The notes below the pieces were generated by a model. It was not told the DNA's origin, did no database searches, and saw only the letters and a program-made list of their open reading frames with translations. From an uncultured Chloroflexia bacterium (GTDB lineage: Bacteria; Chloroflexota; Limnocylindria; Limnocylindrales; CSP1-4), in NCBI GenBank assembly GCA_963835845.1, contig CAWIGT010000006.1, positions 342,123-406,122 on the forward strand: a DNA stretch of 64,000 nt. The letters run 5' to 3'. Of this stretch, positions 39,414 to 48,362 are shown piece by piece (position 1 is the stretch's first letter; each line of letters opens with the position of its first letter). The translations under genes and the position numbers were made by a program.

Positions 39414-40220
39414 ATGTCATTTCGTCCAGGCCGACGCGTGGCTAAGCGTCTGGGAATACCGCTCGCAGCCGTTTCGCTGGCCCTGTTCGCGGTCGGCACC
39501 GTGGCGGCCCACACCGGGGTGCCGGCGACGACCACTGTGACTCAGACCGGTCCGCTGTCGATCAGCGCATCGGGCACGTGGTCGTGGCCGGCAATGGCAA
39601 CTGCCGGCCACAAGAGCTTCGTCGGGTTCGCCGTGGATTGGGGTGACGTAACCAGTGGCAATGCCATCGGCACATTCCACATCGGCGACGGGACGGCGGC
39701 CACCAACCTGATCGCTCTGGCGACGCCCTCGCAGGGAGCCAGCGGTGGCTGGGGGCCGGTTACGCATACGTACGCCCTGCCGGGTACGTACAACGTCTGT
39801 GTGATCATCTACGACCTGGGTACGACACAGCCGTTCCTCACGACCGGCTACCACAGCACCCAGGCCGGAGGGACGAACCACAACACCGACAACTCGGTCG
39901 ATCACGGTTTCCAGACCGCGGCGGCCTGCGCCGTCTTCGATGCGCTGGCTGCGACGCCGACCCCGGGCCAGTCGGTCGCGGGAGCGACCAGCCAGCCGAC
40001 CAGCCAGCCGACCAGCCAGCCGACCGGCCAGGCGACCCCGCTCCCGTTCCAGTCGTTCGAGGGCGCGACCGGGGTGCCGGTTACGACACCTCCACCGACG
40101 AGCGCGGCGGGCTCGCCTTCGCCGGACAACCCCGGGCTGCCGCTGCTGATCGTCGTGCTCGGGTCGTCGATCGCGTCCGTGGCCGTCTTCAGAACGCGGC
40201 TCCGGCAGATGCGCCGCTAG
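39414..40220 (+). CDS. secreted/cell-surface hypothetical protein with SQPT repeats and a C-terminal TM anchor
   Basis: ATG at 39414 with an RBS. Signal peptide (LAAVSLALFAVGTVAAHT), (SQPT)x3, Pro-rich stalk, C-terminal hydrophobic segment plus RTRLRQMRR. Confidence 0.5.
   Translation: MSFRPGRRVAKRLGIPLAAVSLALFAVGTVAAHTGVPATTTVTQTGPLSISASGTWSWPAMATAGHKSFVGFAVDWGDVTSGNAIGTFHIGDGTAATNLIALATPSQGASGGWGPVTHTYALPGTYNVCVIIYDLGTTQPFLTTGYHSTQAGGTNHNTDNSVDHGFQTAAACAVFDALAATPTPGQSVAGATSQPTSQPTSQPTGQATPLPFQSFEGATGVPVTTPPPTSAAGSPSPDNPGLPLLIVVLGSSIASVAVFRTRLRQMRR
39987..40022 (+). repeat. perfect 12-bp tandem repeat x3 (accagccagccg) encoding (TSQP)x3
   Basis: Read from the sequence. A degenerate fourth copy follows. 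Confidence 0.9.
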
Positions 40221-40244
40221 CGCGTCAAGCCACAGCTCGGCGAC

Positions 40245-40279
40245 AGCCCGGCAGAAAACGAGCCGGGCTGTTGTCTGTC
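40245..40279 (+). terminator. intrinsic terminator candidate: 9-bp stem CAGCCCGGC / GCCGGGCTG, 9-nt loop, then TTGTCTGT
   Basis: Read from the sequence 25 bp after the stop at 40220. The T-tract is imperfect, as usual for high-GC genomes. Confidence 0.45.
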
Positions 40280-40394
40280 CGGGCCGGATCAGGTGCGGGC
40301 GCGCGCGCAGCCCTGACGGAGGCTCGACGCCCGCGCTAGGATCGGAGCATGCGGCGCCGCCGATGTCGGCGCACAGTCGTCGGAGGAGACGCCG

Positions 40395-40829
40395 ATGCTC
40401 GACCTCGTTGTAAAGGTCGCCGTGAATGCCGCGGCGCTTCTGGTTGCCGCCAATCTGGTGCCGGACTTCAAGCTGGCCTTCCACACCGACAAGCTCGAAG
40501 ACTGGCTGGCTATCGTCGTCATCGCCCTGGTGTTCGCGCTGATCAACACGTACATCAAGCCCATCGTGAAGCTCGTCGCGTTGCCGATCGGCTTCCTGAC
40601 AATGGGGTTGGTAGCTTTCGTCATCAACGCCGCCATGCTTCTCGCAACCGCGGCGATCGTCGACCAGATCCCTGCCAGCACTCTGGACATCGGCTTCTCC
40701 CTCGGGAAGTTCCCACCGACCTGGGGATACGATGCCATCGGTTGCGCCGTAGTTGCCTCGATCGTGATCAGCATCGTCAGCACGGTTCTAAACCTCGTTC
40801 TCGTGCCGCGCAGGGTCATCGGCATCTAG
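40395..40829 (+). CDS. small 4-TM membrane protein, phage-holin-like (actinobacterial holin-X type)
   Basis: 144 aa with four hydrophobic helices. ATG preceded by GGAGGAG. Family call from memory of similar short actinobacterial proteins. Confidence 0.45.
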   Translation: MLDLVVKVAVNAAALLVAANLVPDFKLAFHTDKLEDWLAIVVIALVFALINTYIKPIVKLVALPIGFLTMGLVAFVINAAMLLATAAIVDQIPASTLDIGFSLGKFPPTWGYDAIGCAVVASIVISIVSTVLNLVLVPRRVIGI

Positions 40830-40904
40830 CCAGCACCCGACGGCGCCGCCTCCGACAACGCGCGCGGTTATCCCGAACGCAACCGACCCGCTAGGCTTGA
40901 TTCC

Positions 40905-42953
40905 ATGCCCGCCGCCGAGACTTCGTCTCTCGCCAGTCTGTTCGCCGCGGGTGCGTCCGGGGTCCGCAACCGGGCCGATGCGCCTGCCTCACTGACCGAA
41001 CGCGAGCGCTTCCAAATCCTCCTCCGGCGCCGGCCGCTGCTGCTCGACGGCGCCATGGGCACGCTCCTCTACTCGCGCGGCATCCCGCAACGTGCCTGCC
41101 TCGACGAGCTGGTCCTGACCCGGCCGGAAGTCGTCTCGGCGATCCACCGCGAGTACATCGAAGCCCGAGCCGACGTGATCGAGACGGACACGTTCGGCGC
41201 CAATCGTTTCCGGCTGGCGGAATACGGTCTGGAGAAGCTGGCCGGGCGAATGAGCCGCCGTGGCGCCCAGCTGGCTCGCGAGGCCCGCGAGACCTCCGGC
41301 AGGGAGGTCCTGATCGCCGGTTCGGTCGGACCGCTGGGCTCGGTCGGTCGGCTGCCCCGACCCCATCCCGGCATCGCCAGGGCCGCTTTCCGCGAGCAGA
41401 TCGAAGGGCTGCTCGAAGGCGGGGTCGACATATTCGCGTTCGAAACCTTCGATCGGCTGGAGATGCTGCTTGCCGCCATCGAAGAGGCACGACGCGCCTC
41501 CGACCTGCCGATCATCGCCCAGATGACGTTCGGCGACGACCTCACGGCCAACGACAGCACCACGCCCGAAACGGCGGCGACCGAGCTTGCGCTGGCGGGG
41601 GTCGACGCCGTCGGGGTGAATTGCGGCGCCGGGCCGCTGGTCTGCCTCGAAGCACTGGTCAGGACCGGGCCGCCGACCCCAATCGTGGCCCGCTCCATCG
41701 TTCCGAATGCAGGGCTGCCGCGGCGGATCGACGGCGAGTTCGTGTATTCGGCCGGGCCGGAATACTTCGGCCAGATGATCCCGAGCATGGTCGCCGCCGG
41801 CGCGCGGATCGTCGGGGGCTGCTGCGGCACGACGCCACTCCACACGCAGGCCATGCGGGCCGCGATCGACGCCCTGACGGACGGGCGTGCTGCCCGAACC
41901 GCCGTGGCACCTGCGCCGGATGGCGACCGAGGTGAGAGTGGCGGCTTCGACGCCGGCGCCGACCCGGCCGCTGCGGCTGCGCCACGGACACCCCGGGCCG
42001 ACGCCTCCGGCGATGGCCAGGCCACTCCCCCGTCCGGCCTTGCCCGGAAGCTCGCGGACGGCTCCTTCGTCATCTCCGTGGAGATCGACCCACCGCGTTC
42101 CATCCGCATCGAGAGGACGATCGAGGCCGCACGGCTACTCAAGGACGCGGGCGTCGACATCGTCAACGTCAGCGACTCCGCCACCGGCCGCGTCCGCATG
42201 GGCGCGCTCGCCGTGGCGTTCGGCATCCAGGCGCGGCTGGGTCTCGAGTGCCTGATCCACCTGACGACCAGAGACCGCAATCTCATGGCCCTGGAAGCCG
42301 AACTGCTCGGCGCCCATGCGCTGGGGCTGCGCAACGTCCTGGCCCTCACCGGAGACCCGCCGCGCGTCGCCGACCGGCCCGCGACCGCGGCCGTCTGGGA
42401 CGTGGACTCGATCGGGCTGATCGAGATCATCCGCCGCCTCAACAGAGGCCAGGACGGCGCCGGGCTGTCGATCGGGCAGGCGGCCGGTTTCACCATCGCC
42501 TGCGCCCTGGACCCGACCGCCGCGGACCCGGACAAGGAGTGGTCCCGCCTCGAGCGCAAGCTCGCGGCCGGCGCCAACCTGATCATGACCCAGCCGCTCT
42601 ATTCGCAGGAGCAGGTGGACTCGATGCTGGCCTGCAGTCGCGAGCGCTTCGGGCAGGGCGGGTTTCCGGTCCCCGTGCTGCTCGGCGTCCTGCCCCTGCA
42701 CAGTGCCCGTCACGCCGAGTTCCTCCACAACGAGGTCCCGGGGATCACGATCCCGGCCGAGCAGCGCGCGGCGATGCACGCCGCCGGCGAGCGCGGTGCG
42801 GAAGTCGGTCTGGAGATGTCACTGAACCTACTGGCCGCCTTCGAGGGTCATGTAACAGGCACGTATGTCATGCCGAGCTTCGGCCGCTACGAAGTGGCGG
42901 CGGAACTGGTCCGGCGCCTGCGTGCCCGCCAATCAGCGAGCAAGAAGAACTGA
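40905..42953 (+). CDS. bifunctional homocysteine S-methyltransferase / 5,10-methylenetetrahydrofolate reductase (YitJ-like)
   Basis: N-terminal S-methyltransferase domain (LLDGAMGT, GVDAVGVNCG, GGCCGTTP) fused to a C-terminal MTHFR domain (FVISVEIDPP, LTGDPP). 682 aa. Confidence 0.8.
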   Translation: MPAAETSSLASLFAAGASGVRNRADAPASLTERERFQILLRRRPLLLDGAMGTLLYSRGIPQRACLDELVLTRPEVVSAIHREYIEARADVIETDTFGANRFRLAEYGLEKLAGRMSRRGAQLAREARETSGREVLIAGSVGPLGSVGRLPRPHPGIARAAFREQIEGLLEGGVDIFAFETFDRLEMLLAAIEEARRASDLPIIAQMTFGDDLTANDSTTPETAATELALAGVDAVGVNCGAGPLVCLEALVRTGPPTPIVARSIVPNAGLPRRIDGEFVYSAGPEYFGQMIPSMVAAGARIVGGCCGTTPLHTQAMRAAIDALTDGRAARTAVAPAPDGDRGESGGFDAGADPAAAAAPRTPRADASGDGQATPPSGLARKLADGSFVISVEIDPPRSIRIERTIEAARLLKDAGVDIVNVSDSATGRVRMGALAVAFGIQARLGLECLIHLTTRDRNLMALEAELLGAHALGLRNVLALTGDPPRVADRPATAAVWDVDSIGLIEIIRRLNRGQDGAGLSIGQAAGFTIACALDPTAADPDKEWSRLERKLAAGANLIMTQPLYSQEQVDSMLACSRERFGQGGFPVPVLLGVLPLHSARHAEFLHNEVPGITIPAEQRAAMHAAGERGAEVGLEMSLNLLAAFEGHVTGTYVMPSFGRYEVAAELVRRLRARQSASKKN

Positions 42954-42976
42954 CCGTCGAGCTGGGAGGGCTTCGA

Positions 42977-44674
42977 ATGAGGAGTCAATGGCGGCCGCGG
43001 GTCGTCGTCTTCGTGGGCGTGGCGGTCTGGCTTCTCTTGCTCGGTTCCGCCGGCTTGTCTGCCGCCGCGGCCCCGCCGGCCGGGCCACCCTACCCTGCCC
43101 CGGTCGACAATCAGCGCGTCTACGACTACGCCGGCATCTTCTCGGCCGGCACCATCGCCCAGGCCGAACAGACGATCGCCGCCATCCAGGTTCGGACCGG
43201 GGCGCAGGTCGCCGTCTTCACGCAGGTCAAACCCCAGAGCGACAGCCTCGACGCGGCCGACGCTGACGCGCTGGCCCTGATAAATCAGTGGGGCGTAGGC
43301 CGCAAGGGCTTCGACGACGGCCTCGTGATCCTCTTCGACATGCAGGACAACTTGATCCACGGCCAGGTCTCGCTGTATGCGGGCAGCGGCTTCAAGGCCG
43401 CGTTCATGACCAATGCGGATCGTCAGGCCGTGTTCGACAACGACATGAAGCCCAGGCTGGCGAGCCAGGACTTCGACGGCGCTCTGACGGTCGCTCTGGA
43501 CGACGTGAACGCGGCGGCCACGCCCGAGCACGCCGACGAACTCAGCCGGGCCCGGATCCTCAATTCGCTGGTGGGATTCGGAGTCGCTGTGCTGGCCGTG
43601 CTGCTGATCCTGGTCGTCTTCTTCCGCTGGTACACGCACGGCCGGGACCCGGTCTACGTCGACGACAACTCCATCCTGATGCCGGCGCCACCGGACGGAC
43701 TCACTCCCGCGATGGCGACGCTGCTGATGGACGACAGGACTTCGAGTCGCACGGTGTCGGCGGCCATGGTCGACCTGGCCGCCCGAGGCCTGCTGCGGTT
43801 CCGCCAGGACGCCGTGCTGTTTGCCAAGAAGACCCTGATCGGGGTTACGGGTCAGACCGCGACGATCGCTACTCCCGAGGCCGGGCTCTTCGGCGCCATC
43901 GGCACCTGGGCGGGGCCGGATGGTTTCGTGCCTGCGACTACCGCCCACGAGCTGCTGCCGGCCGTGAAGCAACTCAAGAGCAACCTGGAAACCCTCGCAG
44001 TCCAGAAGCTCTGGTTTACCGGCCGGCCCTCGCGAGTGGTGACCGTGTGGATCGTCGTGGCCGTCTGTGAGGGCCTTGCCTCGATCCCGCTCTTCTGGTG
44101 GACGCTCCAACTCGATGCCAGCGGCGGCTTCCTGGGAGGAGCGGCGCTCCTCCTCGCGGCAGTGGTCACCGGCATCACGGCCTGGTTCATGCCCTGCCGG
44201 ACTCAGCTCGGGGCGATGTTGCGGGCGATGCTCGCCGCGTACCAGCGGACTCTCCAATACACGATGGCCCAGTCCGGTTCGATGGACGAAGTCGTCGCGC
44301 GCCGGGCGCTGCCGTGGGTAACCACTCCGGATGCGGCCATGGCCTGGGGCGTGGCGCTCGGCCTGAATGCCGAGATCGAGACGGTCCTGGGCCGCACGGT
44401 GGAGGTCAGCCAGGCCTCCGGCCGGCAGGCCGGCTGGTATCCGTTGTGGTTCTACGCCCCCGGACATTCCGGGTTCGGCGGCGGGAGCAGTGGCGGGCCG
44501 GGCGGCTCCGGGCTCGGCGGCGCCGGCATGTTTTCGGCCGGCGCGATTCCCGACGTCGGTTCGATGATGTCGTCGCTCGGTTCAATCGGATCGACCGGAT
44601 CCGGCGGTGCCGGCGGTGGCGGGTTCGGAGGTGGAGGCGGCGGTGGCGGTGGAGGGGCCGGAGGCGGGTTCTAG
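42977..44674 (+). CDS. DUF2207-family membrane protein with N-terminal TPM-like domain and C-terminal poly-Gly tail
   Basis: ATG at 42977 after GGGAGGG. Signal peptide, extracytoplasmic domain (VYDYAGIFS), three TM helices, terminal (G)n tail GGGGFGGGGGGGGGGAGGGF. Confidence 0.55.
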   Translation: MRSQWRPRVVVFVGVAVWLLLLGSAGLSAAAAPPAGPPYPAPVDNQRVYDYAGIFSAGTIAQAEQTIAAIQVRTGAQVAVFTQVKPQSDSLDAADADALALINQWGVGRKGFDDGLVILFDMQDNLIHGQVSLYAGSGFKAAFMTNADRQAVFDNDMKPRLASQDFDGALTVALDDVNAAATPEHADELSRARILNSLVGFGVAVLAVLLILVVFFRWYTHGRDPVYVDDNSILMPAPPDGLTPAMATLLMDDRTSSRTVSAAMVDLAARGLLRFRQDAVLFAKKTLIGVTGQTATIATPEAGLFGAIGTWAGPDGFVPATTAHELLPAVKQLKSNLETLAVQKLWFTGRPSRVVTVWIVVAVCEGLASIPLFWWTLQLDASGGFLGGAALLLAAVVTGITAWFMPCRTQLGAMLRAMLAAYQRTLQYTMAQSGSMDEVVARRALPWVTTPDAAMAWGVALGLNAEIETVLGRTVEVSQASGRQAGWYPLWFYAPGHSGFGGGSSGGPGGSGLGGAGMFSAGAIPDVGSMMSSLGSIGSTGSGGAGGGGFGGGGGGGGGGAGGGF

Positions 44675-44741
44675 CGCCGATCCCCGGGCCTTCGTCGTGG
44701 CCGTCGTACGGGCAGCGGTCCTTGTCGGCTAAACTCGGGGC

Positions 44742-45071
44742 ATGGGTGCAGTCGATACGATGGAGCAGTTCTTCGAGCTGCTGAACTCCGGCGATCGCGA
44801 AGGCGCGGTCTCGCTCATGGACGAGCGGGCGGAGTTGCGCGTCCACATCGCCGGCAACGCCCGAACGCTCAAGGGCCTGCGAGAGGTCGGGGGCTGGTTC
44901 CTGCGCGCCGAGCCGGGCTTCCGAATGATCCCGGGCGACGTCCGCGACATGGGCAACACCTGGCAGGCGAACCTGCTGGTGGTCCGGCCCGGAGCCCCGA
45001 CACAGCAACTCGACGCCAGCTTCCGGGTCGAGGCGGGCAAGATTACCGCGATCAACCTGACGCCGCGCTAG
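44742..45071 (+). CDS. NTF2/SnoaL-like small protein
   Basis: 109 aa. Weak fold-level resemblance only. Confidence 0.35.
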   Translation: MGAVDTMEQFFELLNSGDREGAVSLMDERAELRVHIAGNARTLKGLREVGGWFLRAEPGFRMIPGDVRDMGNTWQANLLVVRPGAPTQQLDASFRVEAGKITAINLTPR

Positions 45072-45108
45072 GGTCGGCCGCCAACCGCCGACTGGGCGAG
45101 CGTCGCGA

Positions 45109-46110
45109 TCAGCTTGCCGACGGCGAAGGCGGCGGAGGAGTCAGCAGACCCGCCGGCGGGATGTGCAAGATATCTCCCACCTCGATATGCGCCGGGTCCG
45201 TGATCTGCGGGTTCGCCAGTTCGAGCTCGCCGAGCTGCAGGTTGAATTTCAGGGCGATCTTGGCCATGTAGTCGCCGGGCTGGACGATGTACGTCTGGAA
45301 GCTCGTGCCGGGAGAACCCTCCGGCGCGGCGCTGTCCGACGGCGCGGGAGATCCCGGATGGACCGACACCGCCGCGGACGGCGAACCGTTGCCGACAGTC
45401 CCGCCGCCGTGATTACTGGTGATGATCGGGAAGAGGATCAAGGCCACGAAGACCAGGGCCACGCCGACCGCAACGAAGAGCAGCGGCGAGTTGGCCCGGT
45501 GATCTTCCCGGTTTCGAAGCCGCGGAAAACTCTCCACGCGCGGCGGGTTCTCCCAGCCGGGGTGGCTCGGGCCGCGCCGGGCCATGGCCACTGCCGGAAT
45601 CCCGAGCGACGAGGGCGGCGTTGGGGCGGGCGCCTGCGAGCGCTTCGTCTCGCCGTCGTACGTCCAGAGAGTGGAACTGCCATCCGAATGACGCGTCGCA
45701 GCGGCCGCGTCCGGAGTGGATATCGTGCGCGGGCGCGCGGCCAGGAAGGCGGGCTCGGCTCCGATCGCAGCTGCAGCGGCGTCGGCACCGGCCGCGTTGC
45801 CCGCTCCGGCGCCGGCGGCCTTGACCGCGGCGACTTCCTGCCGGGCCCAGTCGAGGAAGACCGGGCAGGCCGTGAACCCCGCCGTCAGGCAGTAGCGTTC
45901 CTGGTGCGGGAACGCTCGCGGCTCCGGCTCGGGCGCAGCGAAACAGCGGTGGCGGAAGTCGGGGCTGCTCGAGCGGTGGTCTCGATCATCCTCGAAAGCG
46001 ACGAACGGGCAAGCGCTCGGGCCGCCCTCGTACGTGTCGGTTGGGTCGTCGATCACGTCCAGATGATACCTGCGAGTGGCGCTCTTGCGCCAATCGCCGT
46101 CCGGCGCCAC
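45109..46110 (-). CDS. LysM-domain membrane protein (paralog 1)
   Basis: C-terminal LysM (YIVQPGDYMAKIALKFN...GDILHIP), single TM, cytoplasmic Cys-containing N-terminus. Start (GTG at 46110) is uncertain. Confidence 0.6.
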   Translation of the reverse strand: MAPDGDWRKSATRRYHLDVIDDPTDTYEGGPSACPFVAFEDDRDHRSSSPDFRHRCFAAPEPEPRAFPHQERYCLTAGFTACPVFLDWARQEVAAVKAAGAGAGNAAGADAAAAAIGAEPAFLAARPRTISTPDAAAATRHSDGSSTLWTYDGETKRSQAPAPTPPSSLGIPAVAMARRGPSHPGWENPPRVESFPRLRNREDHRANSPLLFVAVGVALVFVALILFPIITSNHGGGTVGNGSPSAAVSVHPGSPAPSDSAAPEGSPGTSFQTYIVQPGDYMAKIALKFNLQLGELELANPQITDPAHIEVGDILHIPPAGLLTPPPPSPSAS

Positions 46111-46225
46111 CTATTCTGCCACTCGTTTCGGCCGCGAAGCCCCCGCGCGGACGCCGGCCCGGATCGGCCCAGGTTGGTCACCAACCGCCGTGACGTCCAG
46201 GTGATGCTCTGGGTACGGCGTCCGA

Positions 46226-46732
46226 TCATGCCGCTTGAGAGAGCGCCGATTGCAGGGACTGGATATAGCCCTCGCTGGTGTATGTCGCGCCCGAGATCGT
46301 GTCGATCTGCGCGCTCTGTGCCTGAAGAGCTTCGCTGCGGAGTTGCGGGCCGGCATAGGCGCTGACTTCGGCGGTGTGGCCGCGTCCGGTCGGCAGCTGC
46401 AGGGCCTGGACGTCGGTGATCTTGCCGTTTTGCATCGTCACCTGGACCTGGACGGTTCCGAACGGAATCTGGACCGCCTGGCCGGTGAGCGTGCCCGAGT
46501 AGCTGCTGCCGGTGCCGGCATTCTGGGTCGTTCCGTTGCCGGTCGTGGTTCCGTTGCCGGTCGTGGTTCCGTTACCGGTGTTCGTGCCCGCCGTGGCGTT
46601 CGCGCCGTTGCCGACGTTGGCCCCGGCGCCGCCGTTGGTGGGAAGCGTGGACATCTGCGGCGTCTTGAAGCTGAGCAGCAGGGCGAGCGCGGCGATCGTG
46701 AGACCGCTCGCGATGATAGGTCGTTTAGTCAT
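46226..46732 (-). CDS. secreted/membrane-anchored FMN-binding domain protein with ApbE flavinylation motif
   Basis: ATG verified at 46730-46732. N-terminal anchor, Gly/Asn/Thr-rich linker, FMN_bind domain ending DTISGATYTSEGY (S-G-A-T covalent FMN site). Confidence 0.8.
   Translation of the reverse strand: MTKRPIIASGLTIAALALLLSFKTPQMSTLPTNGGAGANVGNGANATAGTNTGNGTTTGNGTTTGNGTTQNAGTGSSYSGTLTGQAVQIPFGTVQVQVTMQNGKITDVQALQLPTGRGHTAEVSAYAGPQLRSEALQAQSAQIDTISGATYTSEGYIQSLQSALSQAA
46526..46576 (-). repeat. 18-bp tandem repeats (ggtcgtggttccgttgcc x2 plus a partial copy) encoding (GNGTTT)n
   Basis: Read from the sequence within the FMN-binding protein linker. Confidence 0.85.
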
Positions 46733-46751
46733 CTTGACTGTCTCCTGTCCA

Positions 46752-48164
46752 TCAGAAGGCAAACCGTTCGTAGTGGATCTGGTTGGCCGGGATCCTGAGC
46801 CAGCGCAGGCTGCTCAGAGTTCGAGTCATCATCCCGGTCGGGCCGCAGACGTAGATGTCTCGGCTTTGAATGTCGGGCACGAGCTTCCGCAGCGACCGCG
46901 GGTCGAGCGGATCGGACGGCATCTCGCGCGACCCGCGCCGGCCCACGAGGTAGTGGACGGTGGCGCCGCGCAGGCTGGCCAGCTCGTCGATCTCGCGCTT
47001 GAAGACCACGTCCTCCGGGCCGCTGGCGCGATACACGAGCGTCAGATTGCCGCGCGAGGCCGGCAGCTCCTCGAGAAGGGCCCGCAACGGCGTTATGCCT
47101 ATGCCGCCCGCGACCAGGAGCACCCTGGCCCGTGTCCGAGCCGCACCGGTGAGGGCTCCGTACGGCCCTTCGAGGAAGACGGGCGTCCCGATGGGCATCT
47201 TCTGGAGTGTCTTGGTGTAGTCACCGAGCTCCTTGACGGTGAAGCGCAGGAACTTGCCGTTCGGCGCCGCCGAAATGGAGAACGGGTGAGCGCGGAACCA
47301 GCCCTGGCCGGTGAGGAAGCGCAGCCGGAACCACTGGCCCGCGCGGACGGCGAGCTGGTCCATGTCGCGGCCGGTCAGGTACAGCGACGCGACTCCGGGC
47401 GCCTCCTCGACGACGTTGGCGACGTGGAACCGGTGGCGCCACGAGATCGCGATCGGCTGACCGAAGCGGAAGGTGAGCAGCAGCCCGAAGGCCACGACGT
47501 ACAGCCCAATCCAGTAAAGGCTGGCCAGCTGGTCGGTCGTGAAGTCGACGCCGACGAACAACTGGTGCAGGAAACCGAGGGCGATGGCGAGGTACGCATA
47601 GAGGTGGATTGCGTACCACGTTTCGTAGGAAGCGCGGCGCCGAACGGCCCGCACCGAGCTGATCCCGACGCCGATGAACAACACGATCGCGGCCGCGGAC
47701 CAGAGCACGTAGGGATACGTGGACAGCAGCGTCAGGAACTCGTCGACCACGTTGCTGTTGGCCGTCATGGAGTAGCCGATCGTGGTCAGGATCGCGTGGA
47801 GAACCAGCAACCAGATTGCGGAGAAGCCGACCCATCGGTGAGCGTCGGTGATCCGGTCCTGGCCGAAGACCTGATCGAGCCAGGGACTGCGCGACATGAG
47901 GACGAGCTGGATGAGGACGAGGTAGGTGCCGTACAGGGCGCTGATCTCGCCTGCGGCGGTGAAGATACCGGCCGTGGTGCCGAACTCGACCAGCCCGCCG
48001 TGACGAATCCACATGCCGATGATGAGCAGGGCGTTTAGCGTGAGGATCAGATAGAAGTCGGCGGCCGTGACGGGCCAGATGCGGGGCACGGGCACGCGGC
48101 GAGCCTTGCGAGTCGGCGATGAAGACTGCGTGTTGGTTCGTGTCACTTGGTAGGTGCCGTCCAT
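46752..48164 (-). CDS. NOX/ferric-reductase-like transmembrane oxidoreductase (ferric reductase TM domain + FAD + NAD(P)H domains)
   Basis: 470 aa. 6 TM helices with conserved His pairs, HPFSIS FAD motif, GPYG, LVAGGIGITP NAD motif, C-terminal CGPTGMM. Immediately upstream of the FMN-binding gene. Confidence 0.8.
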   Translation of the reverse strand: MDGTYQVTRTNTQSSSPTRKARRVPVPRIWPVTAADFYLILTLNALLIIGMWIRHGGLVEFGTTAGIFTAAGEISALYGTYLVLIQLVLMSRSPWLDQVFGQDRITDAHRWVGFSAIWLLVLHAILTTIGYSMTANSNVVDEFLTLLSTYPYVLWSAAAIVLFIGVGISSVRAVRRRASYETWYAIHLYAYLAIALGFLHQLFVGVDFTTDQLASLYWIGLYVVAFGLLLTFRFGQPIAISWRHRFHVANVVEEAPGVASLYLTGRDMDQLAVRAGQWFRLRFLTGQGWFRAHPFSISAAPNGKFLRFTVKELGDYTKTLQKMPIGTPVFLEGPYGALTGAARTRARVLLVAGGIGITPLRALLEELPASRGNLTLVYRASGPEDVVFKREIDELASLRGATVHYLVGRRGSREMPSDPLDPRSLRKLVPDIQSRDIYVCGPTGMMTRTLSSLRWLRIPANQIHYERFAF

Positions 48165-48362
48165 CGAGTTGTCGGGGCTCCGGTCTGGCTGCTCGATCTG
48201 CGGCTATCGCCGCCTCTGGCCTGAATCGATGCCGTGGCTGGCGCCGACTCTGTTTGCCTGGGCAAATAGTCGAGCCGCTTCCTGGAGTGCGGCTGAAAGG
48301 CCGGTGGGCCCCACGTGTGTTTCCCGTGGAGGCAGCGTGAAGGAAACGGCCGCCGGCCGGCG

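Noticed and set aside
9636-46576. Tandem DNA repeats (15-bp x3, 18-bp x3, 12-bp x3, 18-bp x2) considered as CRISPR or mobile-element repeats
   Set aside because: They are short, lie inside ORFs, are in frame and encode low-complexity peptide repeats. There are no spacers, no cas genes and no terminal inverted repeats.
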